A DNA stretch of 64,000 nucleotides, from NCBI RefSeq assembly GCF_006345805.1, contig NC_043014.1:15376001-15440000 (forward strand), written 5' to 3'. The position numbers and the translations under genes were made by a program. The notes beneath the pieces were generated by a model. The model did no database searches. It saw only the letters and a list, made by a program, of their open reading frames with translations, and had not been told where the DNA came from. Below, piece by piece: positions 24,521 to 36,660 of the stretch; positions within the stretch are counted from its first letter, which is position 1; every line of letters begins with the position of its first letter. The DNA is from Octopus sinensis. Lineage: Eukaryota.

Positions 24521-25108
24521 AAAGACGACAAACAATAACAACAGCAACAATGACTGGGAGAAAGTACTGCAAAAAGGAAACAAATAAGTAAATAAAATGT
24601 TCAGTACAACAACAGAGTTTGAAGTTTCAAGTAACAAATAAACATAATAATAATAATAATAACAATAATGATATTGTGTAAAGTTTCTTTTTACTATTAT
24701 TTATTAGTTGTAGTGGAAATGAAGGACAGCAGACGATCTAAATATGATACATATATATAATATATATATATATATATTATATATATTATATACATATGCA
24801 CCACACATTGAGAGACAGACATGCTCATACACTTGGTAAGACACTCAAAAGACATGCACACACACACACCACATACATAGACATACTCAAATACACGCAA
24901 ACGCAAGATTCCCACACTATAGACACACACAGAGAGAAAGGCACATACATACACACACACATACCAAAGGCGCAGAGATACGCACACACCGACACATACA
25001 CAGATCAGAGACGGTTACACACATAGAGACAACCGTATACATATGCACATACACTGACAACACATATAGGCACACACACACACACATATTCACGTACTGA
25101 AAACACAG

Positions 25109-25163
<55 letters not shown>

Positions 25164-25283
25164 CACATACGCACATAGATACGTACAGATTTACACACGC
25201 GCGCATAGATCAAGAGACACAGATACAGACTTACATATATATATAGAGATACAAACACATACACATACGCAGACTCAGCCGTT

Positions 25284-25314
<31 letters not shown>

Positions 25315-25393
25315 ACACACAGCCACAAGTACATAAGTCGGGAGGGGGGGGCTAGTTGACATGTGATCAAGTTTCTCGCACTGACCTACTTAC

Positions 25394-25416
25394 CATCGAC
25401 CTCAACAACTCACAGG

Positions 25417-25451
<35 letters not shown>

Positions 25452-25620
25452 GAGGAAGTGAAAGAGGGAGGGTGAGAGAGAGAGAGAGAGACAGAGAAAG
25501 CGAGTGGGGAGGGAAGGGGGTTGAGTGCATCTCCCCAAAAAGTTTTTACGATAACTACTACTACTACTGTTGCTGCTGATATTGTATAGTAAAACTTGCT
25601 GAGGCACTCACACTCAAATT
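25394..25620 (-). other. Candidate first exon ending ATG|GTAAGT
   Basis: Minus strand: CT-rich leader, then ..GAGGTCGATG|GTAAGTAG (consensus intronic donor hexamer at 25393-25388); the 5' boundary is unknown. Confidence 0.3.
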
Positions 25621-26039
25621 AATCCACCACCGCTACCACCACCACCACCAACGCCACTACTACTGTTACTACAGCTGCTGCTGCTACTACTATTATTACT
25701 ATTGCTACTACTACGACTACTACAGCTACCAAGCCTTTTAGTTTTGTCTTTGTGTAAACGTGTGTTTGCATGTGTGATATGTACGAAGGGTGAGAAAGTT
25801 GGTATGTACGTGGACGTGTCTATGAGGTGGAAATTTCTGTGTGTGCGTGTTTGTGTGTGTATGTGTGTGCTATGCCGGCAAGACTGTGTGTGTGTATGTG
25901 TCTATATAGATATGAGGAATATGTGCGTATCTTGGTAAAACTATGAGCGTGTTTGAGTGTTTGTACATAAATGTGTGTGAGGCATATCTGTGTGTGTGTG
26001 TGTATCCTTGCATGTGTATAAATATGTGTTTGTGAACAT

Positions 26040-26425
26040 GTAGCTTGCTAACAAACCTCATGGTTCCGGGTTCAGTCCCACTGCGTGGCATCTTGGGCAA
26101 GTGTCTTCTGCTATAGCCCCGGGCCGACCAATGCCTTGTGAGTGGATTTGGTAGACGGAAACCGAAAGAAGCCTGTCGTATATATGTATATATATATATA
26201 TATATATGTATGTGAGTGTGTGTCTGTGTTTGTCCCCCTAGCATTGCTTGACAACCGATGCTGGTGTGTTTACGTCCCCGTCACTTAGCGGTTCGGCAAA
26301 AGAGACCGATAGAATAAGTACTGGGCTTACAAAGAATAAGTCCCGGGGTCGATTTGCTCGACTAAAGGCGGTGCTCCAGCATGGCCGCAGTCAAATGACT
26401 GAAACAAGAAAAAGAGTAAAAGAGT
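26040..26425 (+). mobile_element. SINE-A
   Basis: SINE-A motifs. Confidence 0.9.
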
Positions 26426-26466
26426 ATATGTATGCAAAGCCGAAAGAGTGTGTATATGTGTGTGTG

Positions 26467-27190
26467 TAATTTTGTGAGAAAGACGAGTATGTGTAGGTAT
26501 ATGTGAGTGTATGTGAGAGAGCGAGGAAGAAATAACGTATATATATTAATTTCGTGAGAAAAACGCGCGTGTGTATACTTGTGAGTGTGTATGTGTGAGA
26601 GAGAAAGAAAGAAAGAACTTAGACGTGTGTATAATTTCGTGAGAAACGTGTTTGAGCAGTTAATTGTTTGTGTGTAAGTGTGTGTGTGAGTCTAGTAAGA
26701 ATGTACGAGAAGAATAAACGAAAGCGACAAAAATATATGTAAAGAGAAAAGCGTATCTTAATCCTGTGAGAAAAAGTGTGTATGTGGCTATTAATGTCTG
26801 TTTATGTTAATGTGTGTGTGTGAGAGAGAGAGAGAGAAAGAGAGACAGAGTCAGACGTAACGTACTAAAAGTTTGTGAGAAGCGAGTTGCTTTAGAGTTT
26901 GAGGGATGCGAAATCGAGAAATGGGTATTTCTGAGCAAAAGATGCGCTTAAATGTATAAAGTGTGTCTGTATGTGAAAATCAGTATAAGAAAAAGAGATA
27001 CTCAAACAGTTAAGCTAGATTTATTTCGGTTCTGTGTAAACGAACGTATAAATATATGTATGTATATATATATATATTATATTTATGCGAAAGAGAAACT
27101 ATAGCTGTGTTTGTAATAAAGAACAAGACAGACCCTGTCATTATGTGTATATGTGTTAAAGTGTGTGAGTGTGTGTATGCGTGAGAAATT
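26467..27190 (+). promoter_or_regulatory. Cluster of six YGTGAGAA motifs matching the CSL/Su(H) consensus
   Basis: At 26473, 26553, 26638, 26765, 26874 and 27180, all on the same strand. Confidence 0.3.
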
Positions 27191-27453
27191 TGGTAATTGT
27201 GTGTGTTGTATATGCCAGCACGAGACATTAACTGTGTGTGTGTGTGTCTGTATGTAGTACTAAATTTAGGAGCGTATGTGTCAAACCACGTTGTAGATGT
27301 AATAATATATATAAGCATGGTCTGTGTGAAACTGAATTGCGTAGCTAAGCATGTACATACGTCTGCGTGCATGTGTGTGTGTGTCTATATATATGCACAC
27401 ACACATAAGTGCATGCATATATATATATGTATGTGCATATATATATGTGTGTG

Positions 27454-27532
<79 letters not shown>

Positions 27533-27596
27533 ACTGCGCGCGTGTGTATGGGTACATAAATGTATGTATGTATGTATATATATATATATGCATATA

Positions 27597-27867
27597 CTGT
27601 TGTGTCTGGGGAGAATTATTCTCTTTTAGTGGCTTATAATTTAACACACTCACCGGTAAAATTTCCACTCAATTATTATTTTTCTAAAATTTTCGTTGTG
27701 TCTTGCAACCTTTTCAAAAATTGTTGACTCTCAACAACTATTGAAAAGGTTGCAAAACGCAACGAAAGTTTTAAAAAAAGTAAATAAGTAAATGAGTGGA
27801 AATTTTACCGGTAAATGTGTTAAATTATAAGGCATAAAAAGAGAATGTCTCTCCCTAAACACAACAG
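27597..27867. mobile_element. Imperfect palindrome of about 270 bp containing two outward-facing hammerhead-like motifs with a UUGAAAA core
   Basis: Arms invert about 27728; plus strand UUGAAAA-G-GUUGC aaaac GCAAC-GAAA (27741-27767), mirrored on the minus strand (27717-27691). Confidence 0.7.
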
Positions 27868-28094
27868 AATATGCTTTAACACACGAACTCACATAAAGAA
27901 TCTTGCAAAACAAATCCAAAAAAACGAAATATATGCACACACATATATGCATACATATATATATATGCATATATATGTATGTATGCATACAATTTACAGT
28001 AAGGCGAAACTTGTAAACTTTTAATATATGACACATGAGAAGCTACATATATAAGTGTGTGCGTGTATATGTGTGTGTTCATGTGTGTATATAT

Positions 28095-28312
28095 ATTTCT
28101 TTACTACCCACAAGGGGCTAAACACAGAGAGGACAAACAAGGACAGACAAACGGATTAAGTCGATTATATCGAACCCAGTGCATAACTGGTACTTAATTT
28201 ATCGACCCCGAAAGGATGAAAGGCAAAGTCGACCTCGGCGGAATTTGAACTCAGAACGTAGCGGCAGACGAAATACGGCTACGCATTTCGCCCGGCATGC
28301 TACCGTTTCTGC
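28095..28312 (-). mobile_element. SINE-B
   Basis: SINE-B motifs. Confidence 0.9.
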
Positions 28313-29021
28313 CATAGGTGTCTGATGCGCGCTCACATATGCTTGTCTGTAAAACTTGTCGAATGTGTTGCGTTTAGAAGTAATCCTTTTTTACTTGTGT
28401 TTCTATATGTGTATATGTATGAGAATAGTTTTATTAAAATTGAAAGCTTGTGCATTCATCTGCAAAAATGTCACCAAATTTATAGCTGTGCGTGTATGTA
28501 TGCTTGTGGCATGTGTGCAAGTGTGTGTGTGTGTGTGTGCGTTTATGTGTGTATGTGTGTGCATGTGTGGCTATTACAGCCAAGTAAAATATATGCGTAC
28601 CGCACATAATTAATCAGTTTCACACAAACACACACACACACATGTATATACCAGACAATCATGAAAATGTGTATGCGTGAGTGCACGTGTTATATCGTAA
28701 GTCTCGTGTGTGTGTGTTTGGGCGTGTGTATGCGTGAGTGAGTGAATGCGCGTATTCGTATAGGAGATATATACGCGCGTCTGTGCAGATGTCAGCCGGT
28801 GTTCTTAAGTTCGTCTCTAAAATCACCGTTAAGGGCAGCTGGAGCACAGCTTAGACATCAGAAATACGCATGTTATCTACAAATAATATGCCCCTGCGCA
28901 TATGTCCAGTGTCAAGGGCTCATCTGTCAATGCGCGCGCGCTTGTGTGTGTGTGTGTGTGTGTGTGTGTGTCAGTAGCAGATGGGTGAGTATCGGTTTAA
29001 CTCCACTCTACTAATAAATTG

Positions 29022-29430
29022 GCCCTCCGTCGGTTGTCGACGACGAACATTCCAGTTGATCCGATCAATAGAACAGCCTGTTCGTAAAATTAACATGCAA
29101 ATGGCTGAGCGCTCCACAGACACGTGTACTCTTAACGTAGTTCTCAGGAAGATTCCACGATTATTTTCAACCACCGAACTAACTCGAGATTTATGGAAAG
29201 AAAGCTTTAAACTGCCACGGTACGTCGCAGGTAAGCTGCAAGATGCAGGAGGAAAGAGTGAGAGAAAGTTGTGGCGAAAGATTCAGCAGAAGTTCGCCAT
29301 TACCTTCTGCCGGAGCCGCGTGGAGCTTAGGTATTTTGCTCGTAAGCACACACATCGTCCGGTCTGAGATTCGAACCCGCGATCCCTCGACCGTGAGTCC
29401 GCTGCTCTAACCACTAGGCCATGTACTTCC
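29022..29430 (-). mobile_element. SINE-D variant (tRNA-like head; 3' tail shared with SINE-C and SINE-D)
   Basis: Head TGGCCTAGTGGTTAGAGCAGCGGACTC..GGGTTCGAATCTC; tail ..GTCGTCGACAACCGACGGAG. Confidence 0.75.
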
Positions 29431-29476
29431 ACTCACTCGTTTATTACTGTTCTTAATTTGTTTATGTCCAATGTTT

Positions 29477-29513
29477 TGAAATCTTTCGCCACACACTGTG
29501 ACCTCTTCAGCAC
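29477..29513 (-). ncRNA. Hammerhead-like motif (stem I decayed)
   Basis: CUGAAGA-G-GUCAC agugu GUGGC-GAAA-GAUU-UC. Confidence 0.4.
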
Positions 29514-29859
29514 TCTTCCATCTCATATATCTCATGTTCTGTTTTGTGTATTGTAGTCGTATAACCAATTTGTTGCACACATTTTAACAACAAAAACTTA
29601 CGTGGACACCTAAGGGTCATATGGCCCTGGTTGAAAACCACTGTATTAGAGTAATCAAAGAAAAATAGGCAAGATCACTTAGTTCTTTCAGGTAGGAGTA
29701 TCGATGGTGTTGCTGTGAGCGTTGTCGAGGTGTATATTTGAACCAGCGCCTAATCCAGCAAGCAGTCAGTCCTAGGAAAGATGACCGATCCATAGATCCT
29801 GTGCGTCAAGATACATCATGTCACTTGTATTCGGAGCCGGGTTCTTCTTCTTCTTTTTT

Positions 29860-30220
29860 TTCACCGGTTTTAGTCATTGGAATGCAGCCATGCTGGGGCA
29901 CTGCCTTGTAGGGTTTTAGACAAAGAAATCGACTCTAGTACATTATTTAGTTTCAAAGTGTTTTTGCCGAACCGCTAAGTTTCGGGGATGTAAACATACC
30001 AACACCGGTTGTCAACCACAGACGAGACAACACAAACATACATACAGAAATGTGCATGTATGCATGAATATATATGTATATATATGACGGGCTTCCACAC
30101 AGTTTCCGTCAAATTTACTCACAGGCTATTCGTTAGCTGGGGGCTATAGTAGAAGACACTTGCTCGAGGTTTGTAGGACTGAACCCGAAACCAAGCAAGT
30201 GGCGGCAAAGCGAGTTTCTT
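29860..30220 (-). mobile_element. SINE-A, diverged
   Basis: SINE-A motifs. Confidence 0.7.
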
Positions 30221-30243
30221 ACTCTCTCTCTCCCTCTCTCTCA

Positions 30244-30284
<41 letters not shown>

Positions 30285-30665
30285 CCTCACTTAAAAGTGG
30301 ATGTTGTGTTAGAACACAGTATACTACAACAGTTACCATGAGAGAATCTCTCGTGTGAACTCTCAGTGCATATAAGCACTCTTCTTTATACATCGCTAGC
30401 GGGGAGATAAATCACCCGCAATCGTCGCCGTCAATTCAAAAACATTCAAAAGCTTGTACTTCGGTACTCGCCTATGTGTTCGTCTATTTTTGCTGTGTAC
30501 TCATTTTTATTTTCGACTCGATCTGGGGCCTTACCATTTAACGGCCTGATTCACTTGAATCCTGATCTATTATGTGTGTGTGTGTGTTTACACAACACAC
30601 ACACTCACATATATAAAGTATGGGGGTTTAGTTCACAGGTGATCTAAACGATTCTTTCTTCTTTA

Positions 30666-31044
30666 GCACTCCGTCGGTTACGACGATGAGGGTTCCGGTT
30701 GATCCGAATCAACGGAACAGCCTGCTCGTGAAATTAACGTGTAAGTGGCTGAGCACTCCACAGACACGTGCACCCTTAACGTAGTTCTCGGGGAGATTCA
30801 GCATGACACAGAGTGTGACAAGGCTGGCCCTTTGAAATACAGGTACAACAGAAACAGGAAGTAAGAGTGAGAGAAAGTTGTGGTGAAAGAGTACAGCAGG
30901 GATCACCACCGTCCCCTGCCGGAGCCTCGTGGAGCTTTTAGGTGTTTTCGCTCAATAAACACTCACAACGCCCGGTCTGGGAATCGAAACCGCGATCCTA
31001 TGACCGCGAGTCCGCTGCCCTAACCACTGCGTCATTGCGCCTCC
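30666..31044 (-). mobile_element. SINE-D, full length (tRNA-Arg-like head; possibly the octopus OR-type SINE)
   Basis: A-box/B-box head ..CAGTGGTTAGGGCAGCGGACTCGCGGTC..GGTTTCGATTCCC; tail ..TCGTCGTAACCGACGGAGTGC; second copy at 59711-60031. Confidence 0.85.
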
Positions 31045-31152
31045 GATCTAAACGATTAAGTACGCTAGTTAAGTGCTGTAACGGATTACTAGGGCTCCAA
31101 GGTTATAGCCGAGACGGTGGTTATGGAGCCATTGCAGATATCCAATGCAGCG

Positions 31153-31686
31153 GATATATTATTGTTAAACAGGACAACAAACGTTAAGGCAAGGCAAACA
31201 TCTCAAGTCATATACAATACTAGCAGTATCGTCTGGCGTTGCTCGGGTTTGTAAGGGAAATAACTATAAAGCATTTTTAGAGAGTTATAGCCAAAAAATG
31301 GGAAAAAAATTATGGTAAATTTTTTTTTTAGTTAAAAAGGTCGAGTTGCGTCCCCTAGACAGTCTCTGTGGTTTGTGTTTCTGATTCTTGACCCCATGTC
31401 GAATTTATCGATTTTTTTCAGAACGGGGGGAACTTTTTAAAATTTTCGCTGCGTTAGTTTTTAATTATGACATTGGGCTATGTGTGTGTCAAGTTTCATC
31501 AGAATCGGTTGAAAGCCGTGGTCAGGGTGAGGGTACAACCTAACAGACACACAGAAACACACACAGACAAACTGCCGTTTATATATAGAGAGATTAATAT
31601 TTTTTTCCAACAGTAATAATGTAAAACGACTTGAGATGTTTGCCTTGCCTTAACGTTTGTTGTCTTCTTTAACAATTATATATGTA
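31153..31686. repeat. Foldback with inverted arms of about 57 bp (31153-31209 and 31628-31686)
   Basis: GACAACAAACGTTAAGGCAAGGCAAACATCTCAAGTC and its exact reverse complement. Confidence 0.85.
31220..31593 (-). mobile_element. Non-autonomous Helitron
   Basis: Minus strand A|TCTCTCTATATATAAA..(TGTC)n-like tract..sub-terminal hairpin-like CCCGAGCAACGCCAGAC..CTAG|T: 5' TC, 3' CTAG, AT target, no TSD. Confidence 0.8.
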
Positions 31687-32086
31687 TCTTTCAATCGAGA
31701 GGTGAAACTGGGAAAACGAGTTTTGCTGTTACTTAATAAAACCAGGTTATTGAGTACTTAGAACTTGTAAATACTTCGAGAGAAACTTCATTTAAATAAA
31801 GAGCGATTCACTGGTGGTGAAAAACTGTTGTAAACTATGGGCTTAAGACCAAACCAAGCCTAAACCTGGTACTGGCTTCATCTAACTACGGACCATACAG
31901 CACACTTCGTCGACGTACAGTGATGATGGGAGACAGTTTGTTGCTGGAATAAACTCTAATCTTCACACTATCTACTCGTCACAGTATTTACCGGTGTATA
32001 AGACGCACCCCTGTTTTACAAGTATGTTATGTGGAACAAAACAAATTTAGTATATTTCATCATACACCAACTAAAAGGTATTTTAA

Positions 32087-32303
32087 CCCTTTAGTATTCA
32101 AATTACTCCATTAAATGTAATGTTTATTTATTCTTATTGTTTTGAATTAAACAGGCATCATTTCGCAGCTTCAAGATTTTGAAGTTATTGTATATTTTCA
32201 GAATTACATTATCGTGTTGCTGTGGAAAGCTAGATATGATCATTTTGAGCATAAAACAAGTAGAATATCTGAGCCAGATGTGGTTGGTTTAAATTCTACG
32301 GAG
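32087..32303. mobile_element. TTAA-flanked MITE (piggyBac-like), decayed
   Basis: TTAA|CCCTTTAGTATTCAAA .. TTTAAATTCTACGGAG|TTAA. Confidence 0.45.
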
Positions 32304-32620
32304 TTAAAGTGATTTTCAGTGGGAAAATATGATTTTGTGCACGAAATACAATGCTATGAAAGCACAGTGCCATACATTTACCAAAAATTAACTACGTCAT
32401 ACGTATACTGTGTTTCGTCTTAATCTACGCATATGCCATTCCCATCATATGCAATATCTAAACACGAAAACACTCCCATACTTGCACATGCATATCTGCC
32501 TCTCCTTCCTTCTTAACGCCGCCCCACCTCATAGAACCGCAATTCCACCTGCCTCCTAACCACTTGCCCGTTATTATTCTGGCCGATTTTAGTTTTTTCT
32601 CACCCCCTTATAGTTTCCTC

Positions 32621-32720
32621 TTTTTCTGATGAGGGACTAATGTCCGAAACGCTATGACTCTTTCGCTTCATTTTAAGCGCCGAACTTTATACCCCCACCA
32701 TGCTGGGTTTTTTTCTTCTT
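32621..32720 (+). mobile_element. Hammerhead-element copy with a canonical core (motif at 32626-32655)
   Basis: CUGAUGA-G-GGAC uaau GUCC-GAAAC, followed by a diverged family tail (..aagcgccgaactttatac..). Confidence 0.6.
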
Positions 32721-32781
32721 TTAGTGTACATTATATGGGGGAGGAGTATTCATAACACTCACCACACACACACATAGACAT

Positions 32782-34108
32782 ACTAAAGAAAGAAAAATTA
32801 TCCGCACTTTATTTTGGTTGGCTGCATTATCTTCGCCAAAACTTTCATTGGCTGCACTGTTTTCAGTGCTCACATGCTAATAGGTGATACACTTACGTAA
32901 CCGAGGTTCGACCTTGATCGTTCCAGTTTTCTTTTCGTGTAACAGACTAAATATAACCGCTCTGCTGACAGTGTAGAAAAGGAAGAAGAGAAATCAGTAA
33001 TCCGATTTCTCTGGTCTGAAGGTGTGTCAAGGAATGAAATTCATCGCAGGCGTCCAAGTTAGATACAAAGACAGGGCTCTACCTCTACCATGCGGAAGTG
33101 TGTATAAGTGAGTCGAGAAATTTTTAAATGGCCCGACACGCGTAAAGCACGAAGAGAGAGCAGGATACTTATCAACATTCACCACTGACGTGAAGATTCA
33201 ACAGACTCGAAAGATGGTTCTGGCAAACCGATGACCGACCAGCGATGAGGTGGCATATTCTCTGCAAATTAGTCATAGTTCTGCATACGAAATCACTCAT
33301 AACAAACTTTCGCTTCCGTAAAATCCGAGCAAGATGGGTGCCAAGATTGATTAGCATAGCACATAAGTGCAATTGTATGGAGACCTGTCAACGCTTATTC
33401 GACCATCACAACGATGAAGGCGAAGCTTTTTTGGAAAGAATAGTCATAAAGGATGATACCTGGGTCTATCTCTTTTAGTCAGAATCCAAAAGGCAGACTA
33501 TCGAGTGGAAACACCAGCGCAAAAGATATTGAAGACGCAACCTCTCACAGAAAACGTAATGGTAACCGTTTCTTGAGATGCAAAAGTGCCTATACAAGAA
33601 CATTACCAGGGAAAATACTCTACAGTTACCAGTGTAGGTCACAGTGAAATGCTGATGAACAAACTGAAAGCAGCAATTCGCACCAAACAACGGGGTCTAT
33701 TACCGAATCGAGTGTAATGGTTGCAGAGCAATGCAAACCGACATATGACCGCCCACACCGTTGAAGCCATTGAAAAATTGGGTTTCGACTTGCTGGGACT
33801 CCCTGCATACGGTCCAGATCTCGTCGCTTCTGATTTTTACCCCATTGGACCGCTCAAACATCTTTAACGAACTCGTCGATTTGCTACGGACAAAGAAGTG
33901 CGGGAAGCGGTAAATAAATGGCTGTGCAACCAGCCGTAAACCTTATTTACTCTCCAATGGAATAAGCAGCAAGCCTGTGGACTGCGCGAAGAAGTGCAAC
34001 GAAATGCAAAGAGACTAGGTTGAAAAATGATGTAATTGTTCAACCACTGCTATAGTTTCAATAAATTACAGAAACAAGAGAATACTTTTTTTTTACATAC
34101 TCTCTTAT
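32782..34108 (+). pseudogene. Decayed mariner (DD34D-type) transposon
   Basis: ARWVPR (WVPHEL motif), FLERIVIKDDTWVY (first catalytic D region) and PAYGPDLVASDF (YSPDLAPSD motif); about 1.3 kb; many stops and frameshifts; TIRs degenerate. Confidence 0.9.
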
Positions 34109-34111
34109 ATA

Positions 34112-34369
34112 TTCTTTTATTCTTTCATTTGTTTCAGTCATTTGACTGCGGCCATGCTGGAGCACCGCCTTTAGTCGAAGAAATCGACCCCAGGACTTAT
34201 TCTTTGTAAGCCTACCACTTATTCTATCGTTCTCTTTTTTACTGAACCGCTAAGTGATGGGGATGTAAACACACCAACGTCGGTTGTCAAGCGAAGGTGT
34301 GTGTGTGTGGGACAAACATAGACAATAACAAACACATACACAGATATATATATATATATATATATATTA

Positions 34370-34412
<43 letters not shown>

Positions 34413-34455
34413 TATAATATACGACGGGCTTCTTTCAGTTTCCGTCTACCAAATC
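34112..34455 (-). mobile_element. SINE-A, 5'-truncated
   Basis: SINE-A motifs. Confidence 0.85.
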
Positions 34456-34963
34456 CTGGGTAAATCCCATTTGTTTCCTCTTGAAGCACTTCTGCTTATT
34501 TCATTATTACAATCCAGCTTGTAGTCTCAGTTGCTGTTGTATGTTAGTTCAAAATACATATTAAAATTGAGAATTATGGAAATATTTGCAATATATATGC
34601 GCGCTGGGTCACACTAGAGCGGAGACCGAAGGGTCAGGTGGGGACTCATCATGAGTCCTGCTACCTACGTAATAAAATTTCACAGGAGTGGTTGTGTTGT
34701 AAGTAGCTTGCTTACTAACCGCATGGTTCCGGGTTCAGTCCTACTGCGTGGCACCTTGGGCAAGTGTCTTCTACTATAGCTTCGACCCGACCAAAGCCTT
34801 GTGAGTGGATTTGGTAGACGGAAACTGAAAGAAGCCCGTCATATATATGTATATGCATATATATATATGCATATATATATATATGCATATATATAATATT
34901 ATATATATATTATATATAATATATATAATATATATATATATATATATTTATTATTATATAGAA

Positions 34964-35017
34964 GGAGCTTCTACAGGACTAGAACTGTTTCATTCAAGAG
35001 AAATCTTCAGGAAGCTC
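34964..35017 (-). ncRNA. Type-I hammerhead ribozyme candidate (left arm of a palindrome)
   Basis: GAGCUUC-CUGAAGA-UUUC ucuu GAAU-GAA-ACAG uucuaguc CUGU-A-GAAGCUC: 7-bp stem I, 4-bp stem III, GUA triplet, weak stem II. Confidence 0.75.
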
Positions 35018-35018
35018 A

Positions 35019-35072
35019 GGAGCTTCCTGAGATTTCTCTTGAATGAAACAGTCTAGTCCTGTAGAAGCTCCT
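35019..35072 (+). ncRNA. Mirror-image hammerhead copy with a 1-nt core deletion (CUGAGA)
   Basis: Reverse complement of the left arm except for AA>A and TT>T deletions. Confidence 0.6.
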
Positions 35073-35152
35073 TCTATATAATAAATTAATTTTACTCTGC
35101 TATGTATTGAGTACCTTATTTACTGTGGTTAACCCCGAATCAACCCGGGACC

Positions 35153-35193
<41 letters not shown>

Positions 35194-35366
35194 TGAAATA
35201 GAAAGATGAATAATCTTGTTGCAGATTAATCAAAAGTTTAACCGATACCTTGGTAGCAAAAATCACAGCAGAAGACATTGATTTGGTAAAGTGTGCCTTT
35301 CGAAACCTGTAGAATGCAATAAAACGATTTCTGTCAATCTTCGTTCAACTCCATTTCTTCAATTCA

Positions 35367-35419
<53 letters not shown>

Positions 35420-35473
35420 ATATATAATATATATATATATATATATAAGGGGTAACATTTTCAAACCTTCTTT

Positions 35474-35510
<37 letters not shown>

Positions 35511-36030
35511 ATATGCTTTGTGTTTGTCTGTGTTTGTTTCCCCAACATCGCTTGACAACCAATGCTGGTGTGTTTACGTCCCCGTAACGTAGCGGTTCGG
35601 CAAATCAGGCCGATAGAATAAGTACTAAGCTTACAAAGAATAAGTCCTGGAATCGATTTGCTCGACTAAAGGCGGTGCTCCAGCATGGCCACAGTCACAT
35701 GACTGAAACAAGTAAAAGAGCTTCTGCTTTTGGCGTCAAAGTTGTCTTGTTACCCCTTATAATATTTCTTTCGGAGGCTCTTTATAGGTGTCCAACCATC
35801 CATCCATCCATGCGTTCATGCATAAATACATATATGCATCATACACGCACGAGCACATGCGCAAACACCTAAGTCCGAAAGAGACAAGTTCACACAACAT
35901 AAATGCAGGTGTATATATATATATAATATATATATATATATTATATATATATATACATATATATCCATATATATATATATCCCATTATATATACATAAAT
36001 ATATTATATATATATATAATATATATATAT

Positions 36031-36074
<44 letters not shown>

Positions 36075-36431
36075 ATATATATATCCATATATATATACAT
36101 AAATGCAGGTGTATATATATGCATGCATGCATGCATGCATGTATGTATCTAGCTACTTGGCTAGACTAGATAAGTAGATACATAAGATATGGTATAGATA
36201 CATATAAATAACCTATATACATACATGTCATTTGATATTTCGATACAACGTTATTTCATTTCCACCACAGCAGCAATAACAACAAACCACCTCTAAGAAT
36301 CACATCATCGAAATTCACATTTTTAAAAACTAGTTTTCGTAGTACACACACACACACACACAAATGTATATAATACATAGATGGGATCTTGTAAATCTCA
36401 AATCTAACAAGATCGTGTGTATGTGTGTACT

Positions 36432-36660
36432 GTTTTACTCTTTTACTTGTTTCAGTCATTTGACTGCGGCCATGCTGGAGCAGCACCGCCTTTAGTCGAG
36501 CAAATCGACCCCGGGACTTATTCTTGTAAGCCTAGTACTTATCCTATCGGTCTGTTTTGCCGAACCGCTAAGTGACGGGGACGTAAACACACCATTCGGT
36601 TGTCAAGCAATGCTAGGGGGAACACACACAGACACACAAAAACACACACACACATAATAT
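36432..36660 (-). mobile_element. SINE-A 3' half
   Basis: SINE-A motifs. Confidence 0.85.

Noticed and set aside
24627-24737. Minus-strand second exon joining the ATG at 25394 to give a 37-aa peptide
   Set aside because: The acceptor is weak, and the hydrophobic stretch is just a (TTA)n microsatellite.
30970-31044. SINE heads (also 29360-29430, 40242-40312 and the SINE-A heads) as functional tRNA genes
   Set aside because: They retain A/B boxes but lack proper acceptor stems and continue into repeat bodies.
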